Below are positions 22,508 to 33,741 of a stretch of DNA of 64,000 nucleotides, piece by piece. The stretch's first letter is position 1. Every line of letters starts with the position of its first letter. The translations under genes and the position numbers were made by a program. Origin of the DNA: an uncultured delta proteobacterium (GTDB lineage: Bacteria; Myxococcota; B64-G9); contig CAVWHX010000004.1 of assembly GCA_963754925.1 (NCBI GenBank), positions 160,001 to 224,000 on the forward strand, read 5' to 3'. Under the pieces are notes generated by a model. That model was not told the origin of the DNA, searched no databases, and worked only from the letters and a program-made list of their open reading frames with translations.

Positions 22508-23614
22508 TTGGTGAGTTATAAACGTATCGTCATCAAATTGGGTACCTCCACCCTGACGGGCAAGACACCGCACCTGGCGCCGCCGCGCCTGGTCGAAATT
22601 GCCCGGCAGGTGGCCGCGCTTCATGCCAAGGGATACGAAATCGTCCTGGTTTCTTCCGGCGCCATGGCGGCCGGGCGCGGGCGATTGAACATTCCTCAGT
22701 TGCCCAAGGAAGTTCCGGCCAAGCAAATGCTGGCCGCCATTGGCCAGCCTCTGCTCATGGGCCTGTACCAGGATATCTTCGGGTTATACGATCTGACCAT
22801 TGCTCAGGTGCTGCTCACCCGCGACGACCTCACCGACCGAAGCCGGTACCTCAATTCGCGTAACACCCTGACCGCGCTCCTTACGCACGAAATAATTTCG
22901 ATCATTAACGAAAACGATACGGTTGCCACCGACGAAATCCGTGTTGGCGACAACGATACCCTTTCCGCATTGGTGGCGAATTTAATTGATGCCAACCTGT
23001 TGGTGTTGCTGACCGATCAGGCCGGCTTGTTTACGGCCGATCCAAATTTGGATTCCACTGCCAAACTGGTAACCGACGTAACCGAGCCAGAAATTCCGGA
23101 AGCTCTCTGGCAAGCGGCCGGCGGCACCAGCAACGGCCTCGGCACCGGTGGAATGGTGACCAAGCTCCAAGCAGCCGACCTGGCAAGACGATCGGGGACA
23201 ACCGTGATCATTGCCAAGGGTTCAGAGTCCGATGTGCTGACGAGGCTCGTTGCTGGTGAAAAAATTGGAACCTGCTTTTCGCCGCTCGTTTCCGCTCTGG
23301 AAAGCCGTAAACGGTATATTCTCGCCGGGCGGGCGTCGGGCGTCGTTCGCATAGATGAGGGAGCCGTTGCCGCGCTGCAGCGCGGCGGCAGCTTGCTGCC
23401 GGTCGGGGTCATTGCCGTTACCGGAACCTATGAGCGGGGCGACACCATCGAGGTGGCAAACGCTGCAGGGCGCGAGATCGCGCGCGGCCTTGCCAACTAC
23501 AGCTCGGGTGAATTGTCGCGAATTCGGGGTCGCCAGTCGTCTGAGATCGAAGGCATCCTTGGCTACGATTACGGCGATGAGGTACTGCATCGCAATGACC
23601 TCGTGTTGTTGTGA
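22508..23614 (+). CDS. proB: Glutamate 5-kinase
   Basis: [36 protein letters not shown]-terminal PUA domain. Confidence 0.96.
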   Translation: MVSYKRIVIKLGTSTLTGKTPHLAPPRLVEIARQVAALHAKGYEIVLVSSGAMAAGRGRLNIPQLPKEVPAKQMLAAIGQPLLMGLYQDIFGLYDLTIAQVLLTRDDLTDRSRYLNSRNTLTALLTHEIISIINENDTVATDEIRVGDNDTLSALVANLIDANLLVLLTDQAGLFTADPNLDSTAKLVTDVTEPEIPEALWQAAGGTSNGLGTGGMVTKLQAADLARRSGTTVIIAKGSESDVLTRLVAGEKIGTCFSPLVSALESRKRYILAGRASGVVRIDEGAVAALQRGGSLLPVGVIAVTGTYERGDTIEVANAAGREIARGLANYSSGELSRIRGRQSSEIEGILGYDYGDEVLHRNDLVLL

Positions 23615-24882
23615 GCGCGGAGGAAGCTATGGAGATGAAAGAAATGGGCCAACGGGCACGCGCCGCCGCGCGCCTGTTAGCGCATGCCGCGAGCGATCAA
23701 AAGGATACTGCCTTACGCGCCGTCGCCTCTCGCCTGGTATCCGAACGAGTTGAGATTCTCGCGGCAAACGCACGCGATATCGCCGACGCCCGCGCCGCGC
23801 AGATAGCGCCCGCGTTGTTGGACCGCTTAATCCTCAATGAATCGCGATTGGCAAGCATCGCCGCCGATCTCAAGACGGTAACCGCGTTGCCCGATCCGAT
23901 CGGGGAGGTATTCGACGCCACCACCATGCCGAACGGATTGGCAATTCATAAACAGCGGGTGCCCATAGGCGTTATCGGCGTGATATACGAAGCGCGTCCG
24001 AACGTAACCGTGGATGTGGCCGGGCTCGCACTAAAGACCGGCAACGCGGTCATCTTGCGGGGCGGTAGCGAGACCATCAACTCCAACCGCGCGCTGGTCG
24101 ACCTCATCAGGCGCGTGTTGACCGCAAACCAGCTGCCGCCCGACGCGGTTCAGTTTGTGGACGATACCGACCGAGCGCGAGTGAACGAGCTTTTGGCGCT
24201 CGATGCATACGTAGACATGATAATTCCCCGCGGGGGAGCGTCCCTGCACCGATTTTGCCGCGATCATAGCCGCATTCCGGTCATCACCGGCGGTATTGGC
24301 ATCTGCCATCTCTTTGTCGATGAATCCGCTGACATCAAAGCCGCGTTGAACGTCATCCATAACGCCAAGGTCCAACGTCCGACGGTATGCAATGCGCTGG
24401 ATACGGCGCTGGTTCATCGTTCGGTGGCCGCCGAATTTCTCCCGCTTTTGGTTGATAGGCTCGGCGCCGACGGCGTCACCTTCCGCGCCGATCCCACGGC
24501 GTTTTCGCTGCTCACCCCGGATCCAAGAATTACGGGCGCCGGTCCCCATGACTTTGACACCGAATGGCTCTCGCTCGTTCTCGGTATTAAGGTCGTCGAT
24601 ACCTTAGACGAGGCCTTGGCCCACATTGCCGCTCATAGTTCAGGCCACTCGGACGGCATTCTCACGAGTAACGACGGCCACGCCGCGCGTTTTGTGAAAG
24701 AGGTGGACTCGGCGGCGGTGTATGTCAACGCAAGCACGCGATTCACCGACGGCGGCCAGTTTGGGCTGGGAGCCGAAGTGGCAATTTCCACCCAACGCTT
24801 GCACGCCCGCGGTCCAATGGGTTTGCGAGAATTAACCACCTACAAGTGGGTCGTCATCGGCGCAGGGCACGTTCGACCATGA
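23611..24882 (+). CDS. proA: Gamma-glutamyl phosphate reductase
   Basis: [48 protein letters not shown]. Confidence 0.96.
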   Translation: MSAEEAMEMKEMGQRARAAARLLAHAASDQKDTALRAVASRLVSERVEILAANARDIADARAAQIAPALLDRLILNESRLASIAADLKTVTALPDPIGEVFDATTMPNGLAIHKQRVPIGVIGVIYEARPNVTVDVAGLALKTGNAVILRGGSETINSNRALVDLIRRVLTANQLPPDAVQFVDDTDRARVNELLALDAYVDMIIPRGGASLHRFCRDHSRIPVITGGIGICHLFVDESADIKAALNVIHNAKVQRPTVCNALDTALVHRSVAAEFLPLLVDRLGADGVTFRADPTAFSLLTPDPRITGAGPHDFDTEWLSLVLGIKVVDTLDEALAHIAAHSSGHSDGILTSNDGHAARFVKEVDSAAVYVNASTRFTDGGQFGLGAEVAISTQRLHARGPMGLRELTTYKWVVIGAGHVRP

Positions 24883-26195
24883 AACCAGAGCGCTCAACCG
24901 TTAGCTTGCCGTACGGCGACTCCGAACAGACGGCCGAGTTGCCGGACGGCTGGAGCTTGGATCTGATCGCACCGGCCGGTCCGGGGGATTTGCCCGATCC
25001 TGAAGGAGCGTTACGCCAAGCTCTCGATCATCCAATCGGTTCATTGGCACTGGCTGCGCGCCTACCGCGGGCCGGGCGGGTGCTGTTAATGCTTTCTGAT
25101 CACACCCGTAAAGACGGCAAGCGCACGCTGGTGCCGCTTCTGCTGAACTATTGCAAGGAGCAGGGCCTCAGGCCGGAGCAAATCGATATTATGTTTTGTT
25201 TAGGGCTCCATCGGCGTGCGACCGATACCGAAATCGCGGCGGTGCTGCCGGCTGACGTGCTGCGCAGCCACCGGTGGTTTCAGCACGATCCGGACGGCCC
25301 CGTCCGCTCATTGGGAGAAACCTCGCGCCAGACGCCGATTGCCTTCAATGCCCAATTATGGAACTATCAGCTGCTGGTGCCGATCGCCGGCGTGAGTCAC
25401 CACTATTTCGCCGGCTTCGGCGGCGGCAAGAAAATGCTGGCTCCGGGGTCGGCGAGCCGAGCTGCCATCCAGAAATCCCACGAGCTGGTGTTTCGTCCGC
25501 CGGTGGAAGGGGGCGGCCGCCGGCCCGGAGTGGAACCCGGTCGCCTCAAGGGAAACGCGGTCTCCGAGGACTTGGCCGAAGCGGCACGCCGGATCGATAT
25601 ACCGATTTTTTCCCTTTCTCTCATTCGCGGATCAATAGACGGTGCTTTCGCGGAGTTCTGGGCCGGTGATCTCTTTGGCGCCCATCAGGCTGCGTGCCAA
25701 GCGTACCTCGGCTGGCGTTCCTATCCCGTAACCCAGCCCTTTGATCTGGTGTTATCGGCTTCGGGTGGCTACCCCCTGGACGCTAATTTAGTTCAAGCTC
25801 ACAAGGGGCTCGACAACGCTTTTCGATTGGTCGATCGTGAGCGCGGCGCCATCATTCATCTGGCCCAGTGCCGCGACGGCCTGGGTGGCGAAGCTGTGGC
25901 CGAATGGATCGGCGTTCCCACCCTGGCCGCACTTGAGCAGCGTCTGCGCGATCGGTATGTCATCAGTGGCCAAACGGTGTATGCTTTGAAAGAAAAGTCA
26001 ACCGCGATGCCTATCACCCTGGTCAGCGAACTGCCGCAGTCAACGGTGCGGCAACTGGGTATGATCCCGGCCGCAACGCTGTCGGAGGCTCTGGCGCAGG
26101 TAATCCCGTGCCTGCCGGAAAACCACCGAACCGCTTTCTTTCCAGACGCGGGGAGCATATTGCCGGTACGCGGCTCGCCAACACCGCCCTGCTGA
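24879..26195 (+). CDS. larA: Lactate racemase LarA superfamily protein
   Basis: [37 protein letters not shown] overlaps the proA stop. Confidence 0.85.
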   Translation: MKPERSTVSLPYGDSEQTAELPDGWSLDLIAPAGPGDLPDPEGALRQALDHPIGSLALAARLPRAGRVLLMLSDHTRKDGKRTLVPLLLNYCKEQGLRPEQIDIMFCLGLHRRATDTEIAAVLPADVLRSHRWFQHDPDGPVRSLGETSRQTPIAFNAQLWNYQLLVPIAGVSHHYFAGFGGGKKMLAPGSASRAAIQKSHELVFRPPVEGGGRRPGVEPGRLKGNAVSEDLAEAARRIDIPIFSLSLIRGSIDGAFAEFWAGDLFGAHQAACQAYLGWRSYPVTQPFDLVLSASGGYPLDANLVQAHKGLDNAFRLVDRERGAIIHLAQCRDGLGGEAVAEWIGVPTLAALEQRLRDRYVISGQTVYALKEKSTAMPITLVSELPQSTVRQLGMIPAATLSEALAQVIPCLPENHRTAFFPDAGSILPVRGSPTPPC

Positions 26196-26257
26196 ACAAA
26201 ACGATCGTTCCCCCACACCGATCGGACCGCCGAACAGGGAGAAGGCCCGGATAGAAG

Positions 26258-28477
26258 TTGGAAAAACAGGTGCCAACAGATTTCATAGGCAGGCCGAAAC
26301 AACCTCAACCGGCGACGTTACGTCTCGACGTGGAGCAGCTGCAATTTCTCATACAGCGCGGCGGCGCGGCGGGCGAACTCCTACCCAACTTCGAGGAGCG
26401 TCCGGAGCAGATTGCCATGCTTGCGGCCGTGGCCGGGGCATTTCTCAACGAGCGCATTCTCCTGGTCGAGGCCGGCACCGGGGTGGGCAAAAGTTTGGCC
26501 TACAGTCTACCGGCCCTGGCCTTCGCCGCGGCTGCTGCCGAACGAGTGGTCATCTCGACCGCCACCATCAATTTGCAGGAGCAGCTCGTCAATAAAGATT
26601 TACCCGTGGTGGCACAGGCTCTCGGCCACGCATTGGCGGTTGTGTTGGTCAAGGGACGGAGCAACTATGTGTGCCGGCGTCGGCTGTCCGAACGATTGCG
26701 CCAAGGAGTGTTGATTGAACTCGGACCCTCCGAGTCCGCATTGCGCGAGCTTGCCTGCTGGGCGGAGCGCAGCGTTGACGGAAGCCGCTCCGATCTGTCT
26801 GTCCCGATCACCGAAGGCCTTTGGGAAGAGCTCTGTTCGGATGCGGACGCCTGCCTCGGTCGCCGGTGCCCGGCTCGCGCTGAATGTTTTTATACCGCGG
26901 CGCGACTGCGGGCCGAAAAGGCCAACATCCTGGTGGTCAACCACCACCTTCTCCTTGCCGATATCGCGCTGCGCCTGAAACGGGATGATTGGCGCACGCG
27001 CGCCGTTCTGCCGCCTTTTCAACGCCTCATACTCGATGAAGCACACGAACTCGAGGACACGGCCTCGAGTTTCTTTGGCTTGCGTCTGACCCGCGTCGGG
27101 TCGTTGCGGTTACTCTCCCGTCTTGTGCCCGCGAAGCGCACGAAGAGCGGTCTTCTCGCCGAGCTCCTGGCCGAGCTTTCTGCATCTGACGCCGTAAGCT
27201 CCGATCGGCTGCTCACGGAGAATGCGCGGGCTATTGAACCCGTGGCCGCAGCCGCGCGCGCCTTGATCGATCACAGCTTTGATGCCCTCGCCGCCTTCGC
27301 CTGGCAGCGCGGCGGTGAAGCGTCGGGTAGTGAAACGCGGGTGCGCTTGGTGCCGGCCATCCTGAATAATCCCGATTGGAGTTCGGTGCACGATCTATTC
27401 CGCCAAGCGGCTGCGGCCTGCTCCAATCTAGCCGATGCAGTCGAACGACTGGTTATTCGCCTGGTCGATTTCACCGAGGAAGACAGCCGCGCCGTTGAGG
27501 CGCGCGCCAATATTCGGCGATTACATGAATTGGCAAAGTCCATCACCACGCTGGTCAACATCGATGATGACGGCTTGGTGCGCTGGGCGGAGGCCGGGCG
27601 ACGGGGACGCGGGTCAGATCGTCTGTTGGCGGCACCCTTGGACGTTTCAGCCGCAGCGAACGAGGCCCTCTTCACATCAATGCGCACCACCATTCTCACC
27701 TCGGCCACGCTTGCAGTCGATGGCTCACTTGAATATCTTCGCCGGCGGCTGGGAGTTAATTTGCAACCGGCCGAGCGAATTCACGAGCTTGTGCTCTCGA
27801 GCCCATTCGATTACCCGCGCCAGGCGGCGCTGCTGCTGCCAACCGACGTGCCCGGTCCCGACCAGGAAGGGTACGAACAGATCCTACCCGAGATGATATA
27901 CCAACTCGCCGCCGGGAGCGGTGGGCGTGCGCTGGTGCTCTTTACCTCGTGGGCATGGATGCAGCAGGCGCATGAGATCATCAAGCCCCGGCTATTGGCG
28001 CTCGGCATCAATACCCTTTGTCAGGGCGACGAGCCGCGCGATCGATTGTTACGGCGCTTTCGCGAAGATGAGACGTCGGTTTTGTTTGGCACCGACTCGT
28101 TTTGGCAAGGGGTGGATGTGATAGGATCGGCACTGCGCAACGTCATCATCACCCGCCTGCCCTTCGATGTTCCCAACGAGCCGCTGCTCGAGGCGCGCCA
28201 GGAGGCCTGCGCGGCAGCCGGCGGCAGACCATTCTTCGATCTCATGCTGCCGCGGGCGGTGCTCAAGCTCAAACAGGGATTCGGCCGACTGATTCGCTCC
28301 CATAACGACTTCGGGATCGTGGCAATCCTCGACAGCCGCATCGCCGCGCGCGGGTACGGACAGATTTTTTTACGTAGCCTGCCGCCCGCTCAGATAGTTG
28401 CCGACAGTCAACAAGTTCTCTTCGAGCGACTTACTGATTTCTTTGCCGAGCATAACGAACGCTCGTGCGGATGCTAG
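26258..28477 (+). CDS. DinG/YoaA family ATP-dependent helicase
   Basis: EAGTGVGKS, KGRSNYVC, four Fe-S Cys, DEAH, LFTS, SFWQGVD, KQGFGRLIR. Confidence 0.93.
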   Translation: MEKQVPTDFIGRPKQPQPATLRLDVEQLQFLIQRGGAAGELLPNFEERPEQIAMLAAVAGAFLNERILLVEAGTGVGKSLAYSLPALAFAAAAAERVVISTATINLQEQLVNKDLPVVAQALGHALAVVLVKGRSNYVCRRRLSERLRQGVLIELGPSESALRELACWAERSVDGSRSDLSVPITEGLWEELCSDADACLGRRCPARAECFYTAARLRAEKANILVVNHHLLLADIALRLKRDDWRTRAVLPPFQRLILDEAHELEDTASSFFGLRLTRVGSLRLLSRLVPAKRTKSGLLAELLAELSASDAVSSDRLLTENARAIEPVAAAARALIDHSFDALAAFAWQRGGEASGSETRVRLVPAILNNPDWSSVHDLFRQAAAACSNLADAVERLVIRLVDFTEEDSRAVEARANIRRLHELAKSITTLVNIDDDGLVRWAEAGRRGRGSDRLLAAPLDVSAAANEALFTSMRTTILTSATLAVDGSLEYLRRRLGVNLQPAERIHELVLSSPFDYPRQAALLLPTDVPGPDQEGYEQILPEMIYQLAAGSGGRALVLFTSWAWMQQAHEIIKPRLLALGINTLCQGDEPRDRLLRRFREDETSVLFGTDSFWQGVDVIGSALRNVIITRLPFDVPNEPLLEARQEACAAAGGRPFFDLMLPRAVLKLKQGFGRLIRSHNDFGIVAILDSRIAARGYGQIFLRSLPPAQIVADSQQVLFERLTDFFAEHNERSCGC

Positions 28478-28988
28478 CTCTGCCTGGACAAACACTTGAA
28501 GTTGGTACATCTGGATGGTCTTGAACCCTTTGCGCAGCTGGGTGAGAGCTTCAGACACCTTTTTGGTGCGTTCGTCCTTGGGTGATTCGAGGTCTGAATG
28601 CTGACGCGGATGGATGTCCATTGAGGTCCCCTCGTTCATAAGCTCAATCGACCTAAACCGGGCAACAAGTTTATTAAGATCATACTATGTGGCTAATAGG
28701 TCAACAGAATTTCTGGAAAAGGTGGTAAGAATTCGAAGCGCAAGGGATAGCTCCCAGCCATTCGAACGAAGTGAGAGGGGCTAAGAAGCCTCTTGCGGAC
28801 CATCGGAGAATTCATTATGGTACGGTCAGCAAGGCAATAAAAGAGTAAGGGAAACTGACAGTTCAAGGCCCAAAAAAATTTTACTTGGATAGAAGTGAAC
28901 TAATGATCAAATTTCAGGCGGTCATGCCTCTGTCTGCGAGTCACCTGAAGAGCGGATAGATGTCTTTAGTGGAGAGTAAATAGTCGGA

Positions 28989-29729
28989 ATGAATTGTATG
29001 GTAACAGGTGTGTCTCGTGGTATCGGGCGCTCGACAATTGCCGAGTTGATGCGGCAGGGACATTCCGTGTGGGGAGTCTCGCGCACCGCAGTCCCCGACC
29101 TTATCGAGGAAGAACAAGGACGATTCCGCCATTCCCTTTGCGATGTTGGTAATTCGGAAAGCCGCAGGCGCGCGGCCGAGGAGATGGATGCCGCCGGGTT
29201 TTGGCCGGATGCCGTCATCTTAAACGCGGCGGTCGAATACGAAGAAGAGAAGACCGCGCTTTCCTGGGAGAAAATGCAGGAGGTGCTACGGATCAATGTG
29301 GAGGGGGCATTGTTCTGGATTTCCCATTGGATGGATCGTCATTCGAGGCGTTCCATGCAGTTCGTGGGGGTTTCCTCCTTGCTAGCCCTTTGGCCGGATG
29401 CCGATTGCCCCGCTTATAGTGCAAGCAAGGCGGCGCTATCCATGGCATTCCGCGCCCTTCGCTTGCGCCATGCTGAGGGACCCGTCGCCTTCAAGCTGTT
29501 GTACCTGGGCCCCGTTCAAACCTCAATCAATCCACGCTTTGCTTCAAAAGGTTTCCCCGGTAGGGGCGTGGCGAAGCCGGAAGCGGTGGCTCGATACATC
29601 GCAAACATCGTTCTTTCCACAGGGCGCTTCACCTTCTATTTTCCTTCAACAATAGGGCTGCTGTGTCGATTCGGCGGTTGGATGCCGGATTCGCTTTTTG
29701 AGTGCGCCACCCGTCCGTTGCGCAGGTAA
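28989..29729 (+). CDS. Short-chain dehydrogenase/reductase
   Basis: TGVSRGIG, LNAA, YSASK. Confidence 0.88.
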   Translation: MNCMVTGVSRGIGRSTIAELMRQGHSVWGVSRTAVPDLIEEEQGRFRHSLCDVGNSESRRRAAEEMDAAGFWPDAVILNAAVEYEEEKTALSWEKMQEVLRINVEGALFWISHWMDRHSRRSMQFVGVSSLLALWPDADCPAYSASKAALSMAFRALRLRHAEGPVAFKLLYLGPVQTSINPRFASKGFPGRGVAKPEAVARYIANIVLSTGRFTFYFPSTIGLLCRFGGWMPDSLFECATRPLRR

Positions 29730-29737
29730 AAGCGACC

Positions 29738-30463
29738 ATGAGCGAAGAAACAAAAGTTCCGGAACTGTCCGTCGTGATTCTGTGCTACCATACCGCAGAT
29801 ATCGTGCGCGATTTGGTGTCCCAGGTGGAGCTGGAGCTGGAAGAAGCCAAAATTGACTATGAGTTGGTCTTGGTCGGCAACTATCTGCCTGGCGACACTA
29901 AGGATCAGACACCGGCGGTATTGAAGGCACTGGCTGCGAACAAGCCTCGCTTCACGGTGGTGGTCAAGGAAAAAGAGGGCATGATGGGCTGGGACATGCG
30001 CTCCGGTCTGGATGCCGCCACCGGACGGCATATCGCAGTGATCGACGGTGACGGACAAATGCCGATGAGCGATGTCATCAAGGTCTATCGCGTCCTGCAG
30101 GTAGGCAAGTACGATTTGGTCAAGACGTTCCGTGCACAGAGACATGATGGGTGGTATCGATGGACGATTTCCGGCATCTACAATTTTCTGTTTCGCTTGT
30201 TGTATCCTGCGGCCTATGTTTTCCGTGATATCAATTCCAAACCCAAAGTGATGACGCGCGATGCCTATCAGCGTATGCATCTTGTGTCGAACGACTGGTT
30301 CACGGATGCGGAAATCATGATTGAGGCGCTGCGGCGCGATCTTTCTGTTGGAGAGGTGTCTACCGTGTTCTACAAGAATGAGCGGAGGGGAACCTTTGTG
30401 CGCTTCTCAGCAATTTACGAATTCTTAAGTAATCTGATCTATTATCGCTTTATCAAGAAGTAA
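29738..30463 (+). CDS. Glycosyltransferase family 2 (polyprenol-P glycosyltransferase-like)
   Basis: LSVVILCY, IDGDGQ, DINSKPK, WFTDAEI. Confidence 0.88.
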   Translation: MSEETKVPELSVVILCYHTADIVRDLVSQVELELEEAKIDYELVLVGNYLPGDTKDQTPAVLKALAANKPRFTVVVKEKEGMMGWDMRSGLDAATGRHIAVIDGDGQMPMSDVIKVYRVLQVGKYDLVKTFRAQRHDGWYRWTISGIYNFLFRLLYPAAYVFRDINSKPKVMTRDAYQRMHLVSNDWFTDAEIMIEALRRDLSVGEVSTVFYKNERRGTFVRFSAIYEFLSNLIYYRFIKK

Positions 30464-31051
30464 CCGTGGCGGATTCAAGCCGGAGCGTAACGAGGGGGTT
30501 ACGATGAATCTGCGGTTGATTATAAACTAATAAAATTTTTTTGGGCGATATATGGCTTTTCTGTCGAAGATAGTAAAATCAAAATATTATCTTTTGATGC
30601 GTGTTAATGACGGAAGATTGATGCTCGTTGCCTCTCTTGCGGCTATACTAATTGTAAATTTTCATCTTCTTTTTGCATTTTTTTGGAGGGATGATTTTCT
30701 CCATTTCTATCAGATTTCCAACTGGAATCCTCTTGATTTTATTTTTGCTTCGTATGGCGGCCATCTTTTTATCTTCCGAAATCTGATATTCTGTTGTATG
30801 TTTAAACTGTTTGGTGTGAATTCAGTAGTATATTTCTCGACAGTTCTGCTGACACATTTAGGCGGCGCATACATTCTGTATAATATAATTTATCTTTTAA
30901 CAAACAAACCACCAATAGCTGCTGCAGGCACGATGATTTGGGGTATCTGCCCTGTTAACTATGCAATTCTGGCATGGTATCCTGCCCCCCATTTGAAATT
31001 GGGTTGAGCTAAGAGAGTATTTGTGGCTGCATGGACCAAGGAGAGCAGCCA

Positions 31052-31324
31052 ATGAAACGAAAGAATTGGACCTCGGAAAAGAAAGCCCTTGTCGTCCTCG
31101 AAGGCCTTCGAGGACGACAAATCGCCGAATTGTGCAGCGAGCACGGCATTTCTCAGTCTCAGTACTATCAATGGCGGGATCAATTTTTACACAACGCCGC
31201 CCGCGCGTTTGAGACAGAGAAAACAGACGAAAAGACCGCACGGTTGAAAAACGAAAATGCCCGCCTGAAAGCCATGGTGGGTGAGCTGACCATGGAGCTA
31301 AAAAAAAGCGAGGAGTGGGAATGA
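31052..31324 (+). CDS. IS3-family transposase OrfA
   Basis: HTH (IAELCSEHGISQSQYYQWR) and coiled coil; A8G run at 31300-31308. Confidence 0.9.
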   Translation: MKRKNWTSEKKALVVLEGLRGRQIAELCSEHGISQSQYYQWRDQFLHNAARAFETEKTDEKTARLKNENARLKAMVGELTMELKKSEEWE

Positions 31325-32097
31325 GCCGCGGACCCTACCAAAAGGTGAACCGGCGTAACGCTCCCGTGGTTCGCCGGATTCGTACGATAAAGGCCGACCA
31401 TCCTTTTTGGGGGTATCGTCGGGTCTGGGCCCATTTGAAATACATCGATGGATTCGAGATTAACCAGAAGCGTGTTCATCGGTTGATGAAAGAGCACAAA
31501 CTTCTGGTAATGCCCAATCTGAAACTGAAAGCAACGCGACGAGCACATACCAGCAAACCGCGCCCTGTTCGGTGCAACCAATGGTGGGGCATCGATATGA
31601 CCAAGGTCATGATCGATGGATTTGGTTGGGTCTATGTGGTTATTGTCCTCGACTGGTATTCCAAGAAGGTCACGGGGCATTATGCGGGAGTTCAGTCGAA
31701 GGCCTGGCATTGGCTGGCGGCATTGAACCAGGGCGTGAATCGGCAATTTCCTGATGGAGTTCGGGGACATGAACTGCATTTGATGTCTGACAATGGCTGT
31801 CAACCCACCTCGGTGGGGTTTATGGAAGCATGTGCTGTCATGGGAATCAGACAATCATTTACGAGTTATAACAACCCCAAAGGCAACGCCGATACGGAAC
31901 GGTTCATGCGGACGCTGAAGGAGGAACTGGTATGGCTTCGTGAGTGGAAGAGTCCAAGCGTTTTCTTTGAAGCCTTGAATTCCTGGCTTGATGAATACAA
32001 CAACAGCTATTTACATTCAACGCTTGGATACCAATCACCGGTACGATTCGAGCAGGACCACATTGGCCACGAGACTCTCTTACAAAAGGCTTGCTAA
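31321..32097 (+). CDS. IS3-family transposase OrfB (DDE)
   Basis: WGYRR, WGIDMT, SDNG, ERFMRTLKEE, HSTLGY. Confidence 0.93.
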   Translation: MSRGPYQKVNRRNAPVVRRIRTIKADHPFWGYRRVWAHLKYIDGFEINQKRVHRLMKEHKLLVMPNLKLKATRRAHTSKPRPVRCNQWWGIDMTKVMIDGFGWVYVVIVLDWYSKKVTGHYAGVQSKAWHWLAALNQGVNRQFPDGVRGHELHLMSDNGCQPTSVGFMEACAVMGIRQSFTSYNNPKGNADTERFMRTLKEELVWLREWKSPSVFFEALNSWLDEYNNSYLHSTLGYQSPVRFEQDHIGHETLLQKAC

Positions 32098-33304
32098 ATG
32101 GGGGGCACTACAATGGTACTCTGCATATGGTCAGATTCTTGTAGGTTTTTTCTTTCTATTGTTTTTATATGATCTTCTCAGAACTGAACGGGGAAAGATT
32201 TTATTTTCTATGAAAATAGCGATTCGATGGTCGATTTATCTTTTCCTGATAGCAGCTTCCTACGGTACCGGGCTCGCAATTGCCTGTCTGTCTCCTATTG
32301 CAATAGTTATTATTCTCTGGAAAAATGATAGGAAATGGGATTTTGCCGCGTCGATGCTTCCTGTTATTGCGGTAATTCTGTTATTATATATCTTCAAAGA
32401 CTCAATTTACTTTTTTTTCAGCGGAGAAGCTCAGCATACGGTTCAGGATACAGAACCTCTTGCATTAGGTGCTGCTTTGAGTTATTACAGAGTCATTCTG
32501 GAAATGTTTTTGAGGATGTGTGCGTACGCCATTTATTGCATGGCTGCTTTTCCCTTGCTTTTTTTATCTTCATCAATGGAATACCCGATTACGGCAATGT
32601 TCATATCAATTCCTGTTGTAATGCTTTTTATTTTTATGTTTTTACGTTCTAAAGAATACAGACTCGGGCATTATGCTGTTTTAAGTATATTTTTTATCGG
32701 ACTAATAGGACTGACCGCATACGGACGGGCTCCGATGTATAACATTTTTAATATTTCTATAAGTTCTGCCTCTTTAATACCTCGGTATTATTATAGTATT
32801 TTCATTGTCGTCGTCTTAATACTTGTTTTGATGGCCGATAAACTCCTAGATATTTTCCCAAAAATATCAAAAATAATACTACCATCTGTTTTTATTGTAA
32901 TCGCCCTTTCTATTTATCCCAGTATTGATCTTTCGAAAAGAATTGAGTTTGTGAATACATCAGTACCTGAAAAGAAAATTTATTTAAATACAATCGCCGA
33001 TATTGAAAAAACAATTATGGCACATCCAAAAGGTTCCTCTGTTTTTATTGATAACCAACTGAATGATCATTTTTATATTTTTCTCCCTTCGGATACTGAT
33101 TTCCCCGGTAAAGCTGCCGTATTCTCCATCAAATACCCGAATAATACGGTTGAAGGCAGAAGAGTTTATTTTATTGAAAACGACTGCAGTGTTGCAGATA
33201 AGAATATTGAGAAAAAAAAGTGGCGTATTTCGTCACTAATTGTTTCTGCATGTGATTTAGACAAGAAAAGTAACTAATTACTGGTGACGGATTGTCCAAC
33301 ACCA

Positions 33305-33451
33305 ACTTCCGCCAGCGCCGCATACTAGAATTCGAAGCCTTCAGATGAGAACCAAAACGCCCTAAATAACGCTTGCGATATTCGATGGAGCTAACATCGG
33401 CAACCAGCGAGAGCACGTGCTCGGCCAGATACGGCGCGAGCTGATCCGGAT
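33305..33451 (-). pseudogene. Degenerate copy of the 3' end of the neighbouring SAM methyltransferase
   Basis: Aligns by eye to 33758-33905 (LVADVSSIEYRKRYLGR vs LVTDVDSIEYRKRYLGR) with indel and stop. Confidence 0.85.
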
Positions 33452-33687
33452 CGGGCGAACGGTGAGTTTGCGATTGTCGTTGCGGACACATGGCAAAAGC
33501 GTGGCATTGGGACGAGACTGATGAATGCCTTGATAAGACGCCTTCAGGTAAGCGGGTAAAACAAATCTCTGGCTCCGTGCTTAAATGCAACTCGGCCATG
33601 CTCAAGTTCGTCAAGCAAATGGGCTTTGCAGAAACTAATATTCCTGACGATCTGTCAACCGTGTTGATCACAAAGCATCTGGATTAG
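33443..33687 (+). pseudogene. GNAT acetyltransferase C-terminal fragment
   Basis: EFAIVVADTWQKRGIGTRLM, then after a frameshift GSVLKCNSAMLKFVKQMGF; no 5' part. Confidence 0.75.
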
Positions 33688-33741
33688 CAGGATCGAACGC
33701 CGCGGATATCGTGGTCGGATTAGACGTTGCAACCGGTCCCG

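Larger units (their letters stand above)
30978..32112 (+). mobile_element. IS3-family insertion sequence, 1135 bp
   Basis: Terminal IRs TATCCTGCCCCCCATTT / AAATGGGGGGCACTACA; ATGG direct repeats at 30974-30977 and 32113-32116; orfA plus orfB. Confidence 0.93.
30552..33277 (+). pseudogene. Multi-pass membrane protein (GT-C-like) interrupted by IS
   Basis: Removing 30978-32116 restores one frame (..ILAW|YSAYGQ..), ~528 aa, with WRDDF after TM1 and many hydrophobic segments; AT-rich. Confidence 0.85.

Noticed and set aside
28370..28639. 89-aa minus-strand ORF as a real gene
   Set aside because: Its 3' part overlaps dinG and it has no supportable family; at most a truncated remnant.
31988..33277. 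Independent 429-aa gene starting inside the IS
   Set aside because: It is the 3' half of the IS-interrupted gene; the apparent start lies within the transposase.
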